A stretch of DNA of 64,000 nucleotides from an uncultured virus (IMG/VR IMGVR_UViG_3300042319_002819) (IMGVR_UViG_3300042319_002819); one strand, 5' to 3'; counted from the first letter of the stretch, positions 9,117-20,102 are shown. A program made the numbers and translations. Notes: generated from the letters alone by a model not told the origin.

Positions 9117-12100
9117 ATGGCAGCATTGTCATCAGTTATGGCCACTGCTGGTGCAGGACTATTGGCCTCCCCGCCCAGCGATGTTGGTACTAGTTTTATT
9201 ACTCCCATAGCCTTGGGAAATGCTGTAACAGCCTTTAATAATGTAACAATTATTGGTGACTTGCAAGCAGTGTGGGAACAGTCACTGACAATGGTGTTGG
9301 CCAATAACATGTCTTACACCACATTGATTCAACTGACACAGTTGGGATCTAACACTTTCCCAGCAGTCACAGGCACTATTCCTGCGCCCTACAAACCATC
9401 AGATTTAATTGTTCCCGGACTGATCACCAATTGGGACAGCAGTGTATTTTATAACATTGGTGATCAAGTCTATTACCAAAACAATGTTTACGTAGCCACA
9501 GCAACATCACAAAACAAAACTCCAACTACAGTAGACTTTTGGAAATTGAATTTAACATGTTATGGTATTGCTGACATCATCGATCTTGATGCCACAACTA
9601 TCATGGGCAACGGTGATCAATCCAAGTTCTGTGGTACATTTATGTCAGCACAGGGATATTTGTCGCAGGCCAATGCCACCATCAACTCGGTAAAAAACAG
9701 CGATGTACTTGCACAGGATTTTGGCCCGGTCACTGGCGGCATGGACAATTTGACCACTGGTGGATTAAATCAAGTTTCCTATAATCTTCAACAACTGGCC
9801 GCAGATCTAATAAAACTAGGAAAGTTGGTTGACACAAATAAACTCACTAACCTAGGACTGCCGGGAGAACTGCTGGCACAAATTGCTAGAGTTAGTAATG
9901 GTATACTTCCATCAGTGTCACAGTTATTGTTAGACAATGGTGTCACTGCTCAACAACTTAGTAGTCTTAATCTAGGTAAAAATACACTGACTGCGGCAGC
10001 TGAGAAAGCAGCCTACAATGCCATGCTCAAGGTCACTGGATCTACTTTAGACCAAGTAAAAGCAATTTTAAAAGTGACCACCACCGGCATTACCAACATG
10101 GCACAGTTGTTGGATCCAATGATGATTATGCCCAACAGTTATAAAACTCTGTTGTGCCCAACTTCAAATGGTCTGCTACCAATTTATGTTGCCTCGGACG
10201 GCATCTATGCAGCCAACCAACTTCTAATACCAACTGTTGAAAATGTTGGAGTGCAGGCCTATTCAGGTGGTGGTGATACCAGCAGTTACTCCACATTAAA
10301 ATTAATAATTCCTGCCAGCCAGGCCTTAGCAAACAAGGCGTTTGCACAAGCCCTACAGCAAGTAAAAAATATCACTGCCACAACACTGCCACAGTTGAGT
10401 ACCGCTATGTTGACAGTTGAAACCAACACAGGATTAACAGCAGTCAACAGTTTAACTGTTCCAGTCCCTGCAACTGTAACGTCAGCGTATCAAGCACAAT
10501 TGGGACAAGGATCAGGACCAAATGGTACCTTGGTAATCAAAGATATAATTGGCCTGGCCTACGATCCGTTGTTTGCCAGCAATCTGCAAACCCTTGCTAC
10601 AAATGTTGCCAAACTAACAGTGACATCATTGGCAGCGGTATACTCGAACATGGTAGACACAATGGATGGTCTTTATGGTCCACCAACTGGCCCTATTGAT
10701 ATTACCAGCGGTCCAGGTATTGGAACCTACACCGACATTACTGATGCGTTTGCCACAGGATTGATACCCGCCGCCGACTCAGCTATTGCAACCATAACCG
10801 CTGCCAATGCCACTATAGTAAGTCTCACCAAAACTGCTTACACTACAATAATCAACGAAACTGTTAGAGAAATTGCCAACCAAAACAAAGCTCAGATTAA
10901 TTTTGGAGGGTTAGACAGCAACTCCACCACCACCACCATGTCCTTTGCCGCCAATTTGCATGATTATGGAACTGATGCAGATGCCAGTGCTGTGTTGACC
11001 TTGTTGGCCAACACAGCGACCTTGGCTGGACAATGCATTATCAGCAGTCTCAGAGAAGGTAGAAACATTGCTGCCTTGCAGGCAGTGGGCATCAAACTGG
11101 ACACACAATTAAGCGATGCTCCAACACCAAACAGTACCCCGGCAGTGACCGGTGTATCTTGGTCAAGAACTTCACAGGCCTGGAGCAAGGCCACTACACT
11201 GACCGACTTGGATAGAAACTGGGGACTATTACGATCGTATCGTGGCAGCCAGATTGCAAACTGGGGTTCAGATGGAACTGCCAACCAACCCGGCACTGTG
11301 GCAGTCAAAGCCAGTGGAACAAACGTTGACATCGTCATTGTGGATGGGGTGATAGACCCAGCACATCCTGAGTTTGCACTGAATGCAGATGGTAGTGGCG
11401 GCACCAGAGTAAAATATTACAATTGGTATGATGCAAACATCACCGGCGACGCCAATGCTGGCAAAGCCTACAACCCACCAATCTACACCGGCGCCGCAAG
11501 TTCATCTGACGACAGCAGGCATGCCTGTCACGTTGCCGGCACAGTTGCCGGCAACACACAAGGTTGGGCACCCAAGGCCAACATTTATAACATAAGCCCA
11601 CAGTACGTCAATGGCGGCGTTCCGTATTTGTATTTGTATCCTTATATTCTTGCCTGGCATTTGAAAAAACGCAGTCAAGGAAACATGAATCCCACTATCT
11701 GTAACAACAGTTGGGGTTCGCGTTATACTATACCATTTGGATCTATTACTTCAATAACCTATCGCGGCACAGTGTATGCCGGTCCTTTTACTACCTCACA
11801 GTTATTAGACTACGGAATAACCAATAACGGTGCCGGTAATTGCATTGTGTCACTGCAAAACAGCACCATGGATGCACAAATACAAGATTGTATCAATGCT
11901 GGTATTATTATGGTGGCCAGTGCTGGCAACAATGACACAAGATTGGCAGTGTCTGGGGACGCTGACTACAACAATACATTGACTGCTACTGGATTTAACA
12001 GCGGCAATCCGATATACTATGCTCGTCCACCGTCACCAATTTCTGCCAATGTAATTTGTGTGGGCGCAATTGGTGCTGGTGTTACCTCAGGCGGTGATAG

Positions 12101-12470
12101 AAAACTAAGCTACAGCAACTGTGGTCCAAGAGTGGATATTTTTGCGCCCGGCTCTTATGTGACCAGTGCTTGGTTAACTAGTGCTCCTCCGTCGGGTGGC
12201 GGGTTCCCCAATCCAGTTCCAGATCCAAGAAACACAGCGTACTACATAGCCAAAGATTCTGGGACTAGTATGGCCGCTCCTCAAGTGTCTGGTATATTAA
12301 CATGCCAGTTAGAAATCAACCCCACTCTAACTCCAACCGCGGCAATGAGTTACATTACATCCGCTGCCATTGCCAGCCAAATTCCTGATTCTGGTGGCGG
12401 CTACTCAGATACCTTTAGTCTGCAAGGGGCACCAAACCGTTACTTGACGCTACCGTCTGGCCTAAAGTAA
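9117..12470 (+). CDS. large virion-type protein with CBM-like insert and C-terminal subtilisin (S8) peptidase
   Basis: S8 triad VDIVIVDG / HACHVAGTVAG / GTSMAAPQVSG plus oxyanion SAGN; WDSSVFYNIGDQVYYQNNVY..FWK insert; directly after PAAR. Confidence 0.8.
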   Translation: MAALSSVMATAGAGLLASPPSDVGTSFITPIALGNAVTAFNNVTIIGDLQAVWEQSLTMVLANNMSYTTLIQLTQLGSNTFPAVTGTIPAPYKPSDLIVPGLITNWDSSVFYNIGDQVYYQNNVYVATATSQNKTPTTVDFWKLNLTCYGIADIIDLDATTIMGNGDQSKFCGTFMSAQGYLSQANATINSVKNSDVLAQDFGPVTGGMDNLTTGGLNQVSYNLQQLAADLIKLGKLVDTNKLTNLGLPGELLAQIARVSNGILPSVSQLLLDNGVTAQQLSSLNLGKNTLTAAAEKAAYNAMLKVTGSTLDQVKAILKVTTTGITNMAQLLDPMMIMPNSYKTLLCPTSNGLLPIYVASDGIYAANQLLIPTVENVGVQAYSGGGDTSSYSTLKLIIPASQALANKAFAQALQQVKNITATTLPQLSTAMLTVETNTGLTAVNSLTVPVPATVTSAYQAQLGQGSGPNGTLVIKDIIGLAYDPLFASNLQTLATNVAKLTVTSLAAVYSNMVDTMDGLYGPPTGPIDITSGPGIGTYTDITDAFATGLIPAADSAIATITAANATIVSLTKTAYTTIINETVREIANQNKAQINFGGLDSNSTTTTMSFAANLHDYGTDADASAVLTLLANTATLAGQCIISSLREGRNIAALQAVGIKLDTQLSDAPTPNSTPAVTGVSWSRTSQAWSKATTLTDLDRNWGLLRSYRGSQIANWGSDGTANQPGTVAVKASGTNVDIVIVDGVIDPAHPEFALNADGSGGTRVKYYNWYDANITGDANAGKAYNPPIYTGAASSSDDSRHACHVAGTVAGNTQGWAPKANIYNISPQYVNGGVPYLYLYPYILAWHLKKRSQGNMNPTICNNSWGSRYTIPFGSITSITYRGTVYAGPFTTSQLLDYGITNNGAGNCIVSLQNSTMDAQIQDCINAGIIMVASAGNNDTRLAVSGDADYNNTLTATGFNSGNPIYYARPPSPISANVICVGAIGAGVTSGGDRKLSYSNCGPRVDIFAPGSYVTSAWLTSAPPSGGGFPNPVPDPRNTAYYIAKDSGTSMAAPQVSGILTCQLEINPTLTPTAAMSYITSAAIASQIPDSGGGYSDTFSLQGAPNRYLTLPSGLK

Positions 12471-12476
12471 TTCAAT

Positions 12477-12524
12477 TGTTGTTAAAAAACAACAGTTGAC
12501 CAATAATCTGATTCCTGTTATAAT
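12477..12524 (+). promoter_or_regulatory. TGTTG-N8-CAACA palindrome plus sigma70 promoter
   Basis: tgttg-ttaaaaaa-caaca 12477-12494; TTGACC 12496 -17- TATAAT 12519. Confidence 0.8.
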
Positions 12525-12556
12525 TCAAGTGTACAGTACACATATGGAGTCAACAC

Positions 12557-13927
12557 ATGATAGATTACACAGACAACAAGTTTAATGGACTAACAGTGGC
12601 CGCAGGATGGATACGTGATTTAGAAAGTAGCGACAGTCGAATTCACAAAGAAAAAGTGATCGAAAAAGCCTTGATGGCCGCCAAGCTGGGTAGTTCAGAT
12701 GCACAGGCTTTTTTGTTTAACTGCTATCAAGCCTACAATCCTTTTTATACGTTTCATGTCAAGCAAGTTCCTGAAACAAAAAACATTGTTGCCCAACACA
12801 ATCCTTGGCCAATGTTCTGGGCCTTGCTAGAAAGTTTGCGTACCCGCAGTGTCACTGGCGGCGATGCTCGACGAGCAATTGAACAATGCAGTGAACAATT
12901 TGACAGTGACGAATGGAACAATGTCTGCGCTCGTGTAATACGCAAAGACCTCCGTTGTGGTATCAGTGAAAAAACTCTTAATAAAGTGCTGGGCAAAACT
13001 GATTGGAAAATACCCACATTTACTTGCCAATTGGCACAGGACAGCACGGACCAACCCAAGAAACTAAAAGGCACCAAACGCCTTGAAGTCAAGCTTGATG
13101 GTGTTCGGGTGCTGGCAGTGGTGTCCGGCAACTCGTGCGTACTATACAGTCGCAACGGCAAAGAGTTTGAGAACTTTCCGCAGGTTGCAGAAGCTATTCT
13201 TGACAATCGCAAAGCCTTTCAATATGGTCGCGGCACAGGCGGCCATTTTGTACTAGATGGTGAGATTGTGGGAGAAACTTTTCAAAAGTTAATGAAGCAA
13301 GCACATCGTAAAAGTGATGCTAAAACTGATGGTATGGTGTATCATATTTTTGATATTATCCCCTTAGACGCTCTCAAAGAAGGTCATTGCAATCTACAAC
13401 AATACAAACGCATCGAGTGGCTAGAATCGGCTCGTAGCATATTAATGGAAACTGATTGCCTGCGCATCATGAATGGACTCAATGTTGATCTTGATTCTGC
13501 CGAAGGACATGACGTCATGCGTCGATTCGCCGAAGACTCTGTGGCTCAAGGGTTTGAAGGTATCATGATCAAGAGCATGGATGCGCCTTATGAGTGCAAG
13601 CGCAGTGACTTTTGGATGAAATGGAAACCCACCATCAGTGTTGATCTCAACATTGTGGGCTTTGAAGAAGGCACAGGTCGTAACAAAGACCGACTTGGTG
13701 CTATAATTTGTGAAGGAAATGACAATGACCGTAGAATTCGCGTTAATGTTGGCAGTGGCTTTAGTGATGCTCTTCGCAATGAGTATTGGGCCAATCGGGA
13801 TGACTTGCTTGGTCACTTGGTTGAAGTCCAAGCCGACGCAGTTACACAAAACCAAGACGGAACATACAGCCTCCGATTCCCAAGATTCTTGAGATTCCGA
13901 GATTTTGATGCTGGGGAAAAAATATAA
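12557..13927 (+). CDS. ATP-dependent DNA ligase
   Basis: EVKLDGVR (KxDG), LDGEIV, EGIMIK, KWKP, SLRFPRF. Confidence 0.95.
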   Translation: MIDYTDNKFNGLTVAAGWIRDLESSDSRIHKEKVIEKALMAAKLGSSDAQAFLFNCYQAYNPFYTFHVKQVPETKNIVAQHNPWPMFWALLESLRTRSVTGGDARRAIEQCSEQFDSDEWNNVCARVIRKDLRCGISEKTLNKVLGKTDWKIPTFTCQLAQDSTDQPKKLKGTKRLEVKLDGVRVLAVVSGNSCVLYSRNGKEFENFPQVAEAILDNRKAFQYGRGTGGHFVLDGEIVGETFQKLMKQAHRKSDAKTDGMVYHIFDIIPLDALKEGHCNLQQYKRIEWLESARSILMETDCLRIMNGLNVDLDSAEGHDVMRRFAEDSVAQGFEGIMIKSMDAPYECKRSDFWMKWKPTISVDLNIVGFEEGTGRNKDRLGAIICEGNDNDRRIRVNVGSGFSDALRNEYWANRDDLLGHLVEVQADAVTQNQDGTYSLRFPRFLRFRDFDAGEKI

Positions 13928-13945
13928 TCAATAAGTTCAGAAATA

Positions 13946-13974
13946 TTGATTAGCCGCAATTTCTATGCTAAAAT
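13946..13974 (+). promoter_or_regulatory. sigma70 promoter
   Basis: TTGATT-17-TAAAAT with extended -10 TG. Confidence 0.65.
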
Positions 13975-13979
13975 ACAAT

Positions 13980-14215
13980 GGCAGTGAAGGGGTGGTTTGG
14001 GTATAACCCAGGACACAAAGTAATATTGTGTGCCGTGGCTTGCGTGGTTATTTAAAATCCCATATCTGGTTGTGGCATCGTCTCAACGCTGGTATAAAAC
14101 CGTTGTAACCAGCGGCAAAACTTTAAGTCATGTGCGGATAGCACCTCTGTTAAAGGGTTTGGCCTTATTGAGTACGGTACGGTGAAAGCAAAAATTTATT
14201 TTGTATCAAAACGGA
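13980..14215 (+). ncRNA. candidate structured non-coding RNA or long structured leader
   Basis: 300-bp gap in an otherwise gene-dense genome, with its own promoter and at least five hairpins plus long-range pairing. Confidence 0.5.
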
Positions 14216-14228
14216 GATCTCTAATATT

Positions 14229-14510
14229 ATGTCGACGTCCCTAGATCCACTTAAAATAACGGCCCCGGATCTGCACCGTTTTTTTGTCTATGTGGAATCA
14301 CACAAGGAATGGTATGCTATTATGTCAGAAGCACGTCGGTGGTTTGGCAAAAATTGGAAATGTCAAAGCAAGGTGCGGCGAAAGCTAACAAACCGACCAT
14401 TCATTACTAATGCACCAATGCCAGTATGGTTTGAGGTACCCGATCCTGGTTGGTCCACTTGGGTTGCCACTAAACTGGGAGTAAGAGTGGTGGTGGATGT
14501 CGATAAATAA
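14229..14510 (+). CDS. hypothetical protein
   Basis: GGAG RBS, 93-aa ORF, Trp-rich. Confidence 0.7.
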   Translation: MSTSLDPLKITAPDLHRFFVYVESHKEWYAIMSEARRWFGKNWKCQSKVRRKLTNRPFITNAPMPVWFEVPDPGWSTWVATKLGVRVVVDVDK

Positions 14511-14514
14511 TTAA

Positions 14515-15999
14515 ATGATCTTAACAGCCATAATGTTTTTGGTGGCACTGTGCCTTAGCGCAGTGGCTGCATTTTATTCTATTGTAGGCCTCACCGCCAT
14601 TTTTGCCGCTGCCGTCATGCCCATTATACTCATGGGCAGTATTCTAGAGATTGCCAAACTCACTGTCACAGTATGGTTACATGAATATTGGGACCGCGCT
14701 CGTTGGTTGATGAAGGTGTACTTGTGCTCAGCAGTGGTAATGCTAATGGTGATTACCAGTATGGGCATATTTGGATTCCTGTCAAAAGCACACAGCGACC
14801 AAAGCATGGTATCCGGAGACATACTAGCTAAAATTTCAATATACGATGAAAAGATTCGAACAGCCAAGGATAACATAGATGCAAATCGCAAAGCACTCAA
14901 ACAGATGGATGAGGCGGTGGACCAGGTTATGGGCCGAAGTACTGATGAAAAAGGTGCCGATAAAGCCGTGTCTCTACGCAGGGGTCAACAAAAGGAACGT
15001 GGTCGTCTCCTTGCTGAGATCGAAGCCGAACAGAAAAAAATTACAGCATTTAATGAGGAACGAGCCCCTATTGCTGCCGAGGTACGTAAGGTTGAGGCAG
15101 AAGTCGGTCCGATAAAATACATTGCCGCATTGATATATGGTGACAATCCCGATGGCAATTTATTAGAACGTGCAGTGCGTTGGGTGATCATCATGTTGGT
15201 GATTGTATTTGATCCCTTGGCAGTGATGATGTTGTTGGCGGCCACAGAAAGCCGTAAATGGAACAAAGAAGCCAAGCCCAAATATGAACCTGATGATGGT
15301 GCATTAACTGAAGAACAAATTGCACAGCTAAAAGAAATAGCGCAAGGAAAAGAAAAAGTTCAGCAAGACCCACATCCACCAGGATGGATGTTTGGTGAGG
15401 TACCAAAAGTTTATCCCATGAGTGATGAAGAAGTGGAAGAAGTTATACAAGAGTTTGATCGTAGCAAACACGCATACTTAGATAAGCCATTTGTTCACTT
15501 TGAAAACTTAAAGCCCATGGTGGCCGCTGGCAAATCTGAAGTCAGTGACAACACCGTGGAAACACATTTATATGACGATGAATCGCATCTCGACTCTCTA
15601 GAAATTAAATTAGCAAAGTCCAAATGGAAAGAACTTAATCCCACTGATACGTTGAAAAATCAACGACACTTGCTGGAACTTGGTGTAATTACTAAACTAC
15701 CTTGGATGGACTTGGTTGAACCCCAAACACATCAAACATCTTTTGGTAAAGATTTTCCTGACATGCCCCAGCGTGGCGACCTCTTTATAAACACTGAAAC
15801 TTTGCCCACTCATGTGCTCAAATACAACGGTGAAAAGTGGATTGAAATTGACAAAACTGCCAGCGATAGTTATGTGCATGATGATGCTTATGTTGATTAT
15901 CTAATCAGCAGAGTAAGTTCGGGCGAATATGATCCAGAATTACTAACTGATGCCGAACGCACCCAAATTGAATTACGTTTACACAAAGACCAGACATGA
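14515..15999 (+). CDS. membrane/coiled-coil phage protein
   Basis: Three N-terminal TM helices, coiled coil, EVGPIKYIA and [14 protein letters not shown] 5 nt upstream. Confidence 0.75.
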   Translation: MILTAIMFLVALCLSAVAAFYSIVGLTAIFAAAVMPIILMGSILEIAKLTVTVWLHEYWDRARWLMKVYLCSAVVMLMVITSMGIFGFLSKAHSDQSMVSGDILAKISIYDEKIRTAKDNIDANRKALKQMDEAVDQVMGRSTDEKGADKAVSLRRGQQKERGRLLAEIEAEQKKITAFNEERAPIAAEVRKVEAEVGPIKYIAALIYGDNPDGNLLERAVRWVIIMLVIVFDPLAVMMLLAATESRKWNKEAKPKYEPDDGALTEEQIAQLKEIAQGKEKVQQDPHPPGWMFGEVPKVYPMSDEEVEEVIQEFDRSKHAYLDKPFVHFENLKPMVAAGKSEVSDNTVETHLYDDESHLDSLEIKLAKSKWKELNPTDTLKNQRHLLELGVITKLPWMDLVEPQTHQTSFGKDFPDMPQRGDLFINTETLPTHVLKYNGEKWIEIDKTASDSYVHDDAYVDYLISRVSSGEYDPELLTDAERTQIELRLHKDQT

Positions 16000-17189
16000 C
16001 CGACACATTAAATATTAATTCCTGCAGTTTCTGCCACAAACACAAAGACGATGTGCAAAAACTCATCATCAGTGATGGAGTTGCAATCTGCAACGAATGC
16101 GTGAATCTTTGTCAGGACTTGTTAATTGACAAACCCGAAGATAGTGCAGTAGCAAAGCAACTCGACCCGCGAATGCTTAAGGAATTCCTGGATCAGTTTG
16201 TAATTGGTCAAGAATTTGCAAAAATGGTATTGTGTGTGGCAGTAACAAATCATTACAAGCGACTTAACCGCAGTGCCCAAGACCCCGAAATTGCCAAAGC
16301 CAATCTATTGATGATTGGACCAACTGGTTCGGGTAAAACATTGTTGGCAAAAACTGTGTCAAGATATCTTGACGTGCCTTTTGTCATTGCCGATGCAACC
16401 AGCATAACTGAAGCAGGGTATGTGGGTGATGATGTTGAAACATTGATATCTCGACTGTATGCCGCAGCCGGCAATGACATTGAACGCACCCAACGAGGTA
16501 TTGTATTCATTGACGAAATTGATAAAATAGCACGTAAAAGTGAAAGTGCCAGTATTACTCGAGATGTGTCAGGCGAAGGTGTACAACAAGCATTGTTAAA
16601 ATTAGTAGAAGGCACAGTGTGTCGAGTCAGTGCACAGGGAAACAGAAAACATCCCAGTGCTGAATTAATCGAAATTGATACCACTAATATTTTGTTTATT
16701 GCCGGCGGCGCCTTTGTTGGGCTTGACGCAATAATTAAAAATCGAATCAGTGGATCTAGTATAGGCTTCAACACAGTTATACATAGCAAAAGAGAAACTG
16801 AGTTGAATGACGTTGTTCCCGATGATTTAGTAAAATACGGAATGATTCCAGAGTTTGTTGGCAGGTTCCCAACCACAGTGACTTTAAACGAGCTCAGCCG
16901 TGAGGACATGATCAATGTGCTCACCGGAGTAAAAAACAATTACATACAACAGTATCAGTGGCTGTTCAAACAAGACTCTGTGGAAATCAATTTAACTGAT
17001 GCCGCTATTGGTGCATTAGTTGACCGTACCATGAAAACTGGCACAGGTGCTCGTGGCCTGCACAGCGAATTAGAGCGTGTGTTAATGCCACACATGTTTG
17101 ATCTTATTCGTTATCGAGACAAAGGCATCACCACAGTGACCATTGATGTTGACCAAGTAGAAGCACCCGCCAGCCTAACCGGAAGTTAA
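15996..17189 (+). CDS. clpX: ATP-dependent Clp protease ATPase ClpX
   Basis: CSFC..ICNECV zinc finger, [34 protein letters not shown] loop. Confidence 0.96.
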   Translation: MTDTLNINSCSFCHKHKDDVQKLIISDGVAICNECVNLCQDLLIDKPEDSAVAKQLDPRMLKEFLDQFVIGQEFAKMVLCVAVTNHYKRLNRSAQDPEIAKANLLMIGPTGSGKTLLAKTVSRYLDVPFVIADATSITEAGYVGDDVETLISRLYAAAGNDIERTQRGIVFIDEIDKIARKSESASITRDVSGEGVQQALLKLVEGTVCRVSAQGNRKHPSAELIEIDTTNILFIAGGAFVGLDAIIKNRISGSSIGFNTVIHSKRETELNDVVPDDLVKYGMIPEFVGRFPTTVTLNELSREDMINVLTGVKNNYIQQYQWLFKQDSVEINLTDAAIGALVDRTMKTGTGARGLHSELERVLMPHMFDLIRYRDKGITTVTIDVDQVEAPASLTGS

Positions 17190-17202
17190 TACAATTCCGC
17201 CA

Positions 17203-18174
17203 ATGTTTGTTTACTCTTGCACTCACATCTATTCAGACACAATTAATGACCCAGCAAGGCTGGCAGCCACAGTGGCACAAGATCTTGCCAGGTATAACAC
17301 TCGGTTTGAAGACCATGACAGCATAATATTGAGTTTTCTTGCTGAAGGGCACGACAATAACACAATTGCGCCTTTTATAGATTATCTTACTACTATGGTG
17401 CCAATAGAAAAAATTGGTGTGCTGTTCAATGCTACCGTAACAGAAAGCTTGCCGTATCGCTATCAATGCTTTGAAGAATACCTGTGCAACTACTGCGATT
17501 TCTTTTGGCAGATTGAAGAGTTTGATCATGAATGGCCTACACTACAATTAGATAAAAAATTTCTGTGCTTAAATCGAAGAAGCAGTGAAATACGTGCACA
17601 GCTGGTGTATACTCTCCAGGATCGATTACACCCAGACTCAATGCGGGCCAGCCTTGATTCTATAAGTGCAACCAATTCTAGGAATGCAATTTTCATTGAC
17701 GGGTCAGTGGACATCAATCAGCAACACACCAATGTTGGCCTGCCATTTCGAAGTTGTTTGTTTAACATCATATCCGAAAGCAGTGACCAAAGCAGTCCCG
17801 GAGTTTGGAAAAAAGTTTTTATCACGGAAAAAACCTACAAGGCCTTTGCTTTTCGACATGTGCCATTGTGGATGGCAGTGCCAGGACTGGTGGCAAGAGT
17901 GAGAAATTTTGGGTTCGATTTGTTCGATGATTTATGCGACAATCATTCCTATGATGACATACAAGACGAAACTGAACGCCTGCACCGGGTAGTTGACATT
18001 GCAGCCAAATTAGATCAACAGTTTTCGCTGAGCGATTGCCAGCAGTTAAAACAAGATCTAGCATCAAGACTGAACCACAACTACAGTTTACTTAGAAATT
18101 TAGTGCACAATCTTGACCAAACAAGACAACAGCATTTTAACAATTTAGTAAATCCCAATGTACATCGAATTTGA
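17203..18174 (+). CDS. GT10-like putative glycosyltransferase (paralog 1)
   Basis: FLCLNRR, FNIISES, FITEKTYK, GFDLFDD..SYD. Confidence 0.55.
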   Translation: MFVYSCTHIYSDTINDPARLAATVAQDLARYNTRFEDHDSIILSFLAEGHDNNTIAPFIDYLTTMVPIEKIGVLFNATVTESLPYRYQCFEEYLCNYCDFFWQIEEFDHEWPTLQLDKKFLCLNRRSSEIRAQLVYTLQDRLHPDSMRASLDSISATNSRNAIFIDGSVDINQQHTNVGLPFRSCLFNIISESSDQSSPGVWKKVFITEKTYKAFAFRHVPLWMAVPGLVARVRNFGFDLFDDLCDNHSYDDIQDETERLHRVVDIAAKLDQQFSLSDCQQLKQDLASRLNHNYSLLRNLVHNLDQTRQQHFNNLVNPNVHRI

Positions 18175-18394
18175 TATTCAGGCGCACGAGTATGTGCCCA
18201 AGATTTACATGATACGAGATTACCTTGCAGTATGGGCTAAACAACAAGACATTCCCTACCGAGAAAAAGCCATCAAACGAAAACTGCGGGTTTCGTTTGG
18301 TGACGATCGCCACTATGCTGTTTTTTCACTGACTTGGAACCCTAACTTTAGAACAAACTACCGTATAGTCACTGACCTAAATAACAAAATATAA
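18158..18394 (+). CDS. hypothetical protein
   Basis: 78-aa ORF; F.DD.HY.VF.LTW motif shared with other small ORFs here. Confidence 0.6.
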   Translation: MYIEFDIQAHEYVPKIYMIRDYLAVWAKQQDIPYREKAIKRKLRVSFGDDRHYAVFSLTWNPNFRTNYRIVTDLNNKI

Positions 18395-18422
18395 TTGATT
18401 TTTCGTGTATAATAAATACTTG

Positions 18423-18480
18423 TGTAGCGCCGATTGTCGGGCTACATTTTATAGTCAACTTGCTTAATAAGGAGAACATT
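18423..18480 (+). promoter_or_regulatory. ROSE-like RNA thermometer leader of hsp20
   Basis: 5' hairpin 18423-18446, then CUUGCU-uaaua-AGGAG pairing over the SD with a bulged G. Confidence 0.65.
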
Positions 18481-18933
18481 ATGACTAAAATCACTTCATT
18501 TGACCTAACCCCCTTCTACCGTAACACCATAGGTATAGATCGTTTATTTGATCGTATTGTCAATCAGATTGACCATAATACTACGCAGACAAACTATCCG
18601 CCCTACAACATTGTTGAAACTGGTGAAAATACCTACGAAGTGCAGGTGGCAGTTGCTGGTTTTAGCCAAGGAGAATTAGACATTGTTGTTAGAGACAACG
18701 AACTAATTATCACTGGTGAAAAAACAGAAACTCAACTTGATACCTATGTGTATAGACACCAGGGAATCAGTGCACGTAAGTTTATTCGGACATTTAGTCT
18801 AAGTGACTACGTTGAAGTTAAAAGTGCAACTGCTCGTGACGGCATTCTAATTGTCAAGCTCGAGCGCATTGTGCCCGAAACTTTGAAACCTAAAAAAATT
18901 GCCATTGCGTACGAAAACACGATTCAAGCGTAA
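18481..18933 (+). CDS. small heat-shock protein Hsp20 (IbpA-like)
   Basis: IGIDRLFD, NYPPYNI, AVAGF, HQGISARKF.RTF.L, DGIL. Confidence 0.95.
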   Translation: MTKITSFDLTPFYRNTIGIDRLFDRIVNQIDHNTTQTNYPPYNIVETGENTYEVQVAVAGFSQGELDIVVRDNELIITGEKTETQLDTYVYRHQGISARKFIRTFSLSDYVEVKSATARDGILIVKLERIVPETLKPKKIAIAYENTIQA

Positions 18934-18942
18934 ATAACAACA

Positions 18943-18960
18943 TGGGGGCTTCGGCCCCCA
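18943..18960 (+). other. cUUCGg hairpin (5' stabiliser of clpS mRNA or terminator)
   Basis: tgggggc-ttcg-gccccca; lacks a U-tract; follows TAAATA at 18931. Confidence 0.5.
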
Positions 18961-18976
18961 ACTATAGGATAATAAT

Positions 18977-19291
18977 ATGTCAGATGCCGAAGTTAAAACT
19001 CGTACTCAATCCAAAGAAAATCTTGAAATCAAAGAACCTCCCATGTTTCGAGTGATTTACATCAATGATGAAACTACTAGCATGGGGTTTGTGGTTGACA
19101 GTTTAATACAATATTTCAGCTATTCGGTGCCTACTGCTGAGAGAATTACACATGATATTCATCAAGCAGGATCGGCCACTGTTGCTGTATTGCCTTATGA
19201 AATTGCCGAACAAAAAGGCATTGAAGTTACAATAAGTGCTCGATCAGCTGGATTCCCATTGCAAATTAAACTAGAGCCCGACTTGTGCTAA
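18977..19291 (+). CDS. clpS: Clp protease adaptor ClpS
   Basis: EPPMFRVIYIND..T.M.FVV, IHQAG, YEIAEQK, FPL. Confidence 0.9.
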   Translation: MSDAEVKTRTQSKENLEIKEPPMFRVIYINDETTSMGFVVDSLIQYFSYSVPTAERITHDIHQAGSATVAVLPYEIAEQKGIEVTISARSAGFPLQIKLEPDLC

Positions 19292-20073
19292 ATTTCTATA
19301 CGCACAGGGAAATACGGATCTCTGTGCCAAGGAGTACCAGTTACTCCCCTTGGATTGCAAACAAATCTAACTTTATTAATTGATTCGTCAACTTGATGAT
19401 GGTAATGACCAAAACACCAAAGTTGAATTTTCTTTTCAGTATCTTGTTCAATGACTCGTTGTTTAATATAACTGTTGATTGATGCATTAATTCGATAGCA
19501 ATCTGCAATGTCTGGATCATGCGCAATAAACTTGCCGTCCGGCACATAATGTGTGACCACTACAATTTTTTTAACATCTGGGTGTGTTTGCAATCTCTGA
19601 ACAGCATGCTCTAAATACTTTACATCATTGAGTGCAGCCATATACATGTTCATGGTACCCACAGGAGATATATGATAATGTCGTTCAACTGCACTTTTTG
19701 TTTCTTGCACACTAAATTTTGAAGTATAATCAAAACTACACCAGCTGTTGACCCCCACAAACGCTACACCATTTAAAACAACAATTTGATCTCGAAGATA
19801 AACTACATTTTTAATATGAGATATCTCTTGCTCCAGTGTTTCGTAGCTTTGATCCAGGTTCTCAAATCCACTGCGATGTTCGTCATTGCCGTCGATGTAA
19901 AACACCCCAAGATAGTGTTGGCCAAGATGTTCAAGAGTTTGTCGCAAAAGTTTGCGGTCTCTCGCTACATCGCCGGCTACCACACAGTACGTACTGGTGG
20001 CTTGATAAGTCCAATCAAAACTGGGCCAAGAATCAATATGGAGATCTGAAATAAGATCAAAACTAATTTGCAT
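19288..20073 (-). CDS. calcineurin-like metallophosphoesterase
   Basis: SDLH, AGD, GNDE, THY.P, FGHYH, CNPRG. Confidence 0.85.
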   Translation of the reverse strand: MQISFDLISDLHIDSWPSFDWTYQATSTYCVVAGDVARDRKLLRQTLEHLGQHYLGVFYIDGNDEHRSGFENLDQSYETLEQEISHIKNVVYLRDQIVVLNGVAFVGVNSWCSFDYTSKFSVQETKSAVERHYHISPVGTMNMYMAALNDVKYLEHAVQRLQTHPDVKKIVVVTHYVPDGKFIAHDPDIADCYRINASINSYIKQRVIEQDTEKKIQLWCFGHYHHQVDESINKVRFVCNPRGVTGTPWHRDPYFPVRIEI

Positions 20074-20102
20074 GATACATATATTTAATAAAGGAGTTAT
20101 AC

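Noticed and set aside
12477..12494. LexA SOS box reading of the N8 palindrome
   Set aside because: Proteobacterial LexA box is CTGT-N8-ACAG; these sites are TGTTG-N8-CAACA, and none precedes uvsE
13980..14215. tRNA, tmRNA or RNase P identity for the structured gap
   Set aside because: No T-arm GTTCRA/CCA end, no tag peptide ending in AA-stop, no GAGGAAAGUCC
16253..16939. 228-aa minus-strand ORF (and similar shadows inside nrdA, ligase and 24426)
   Set aside because: Antisense to well-supported genes
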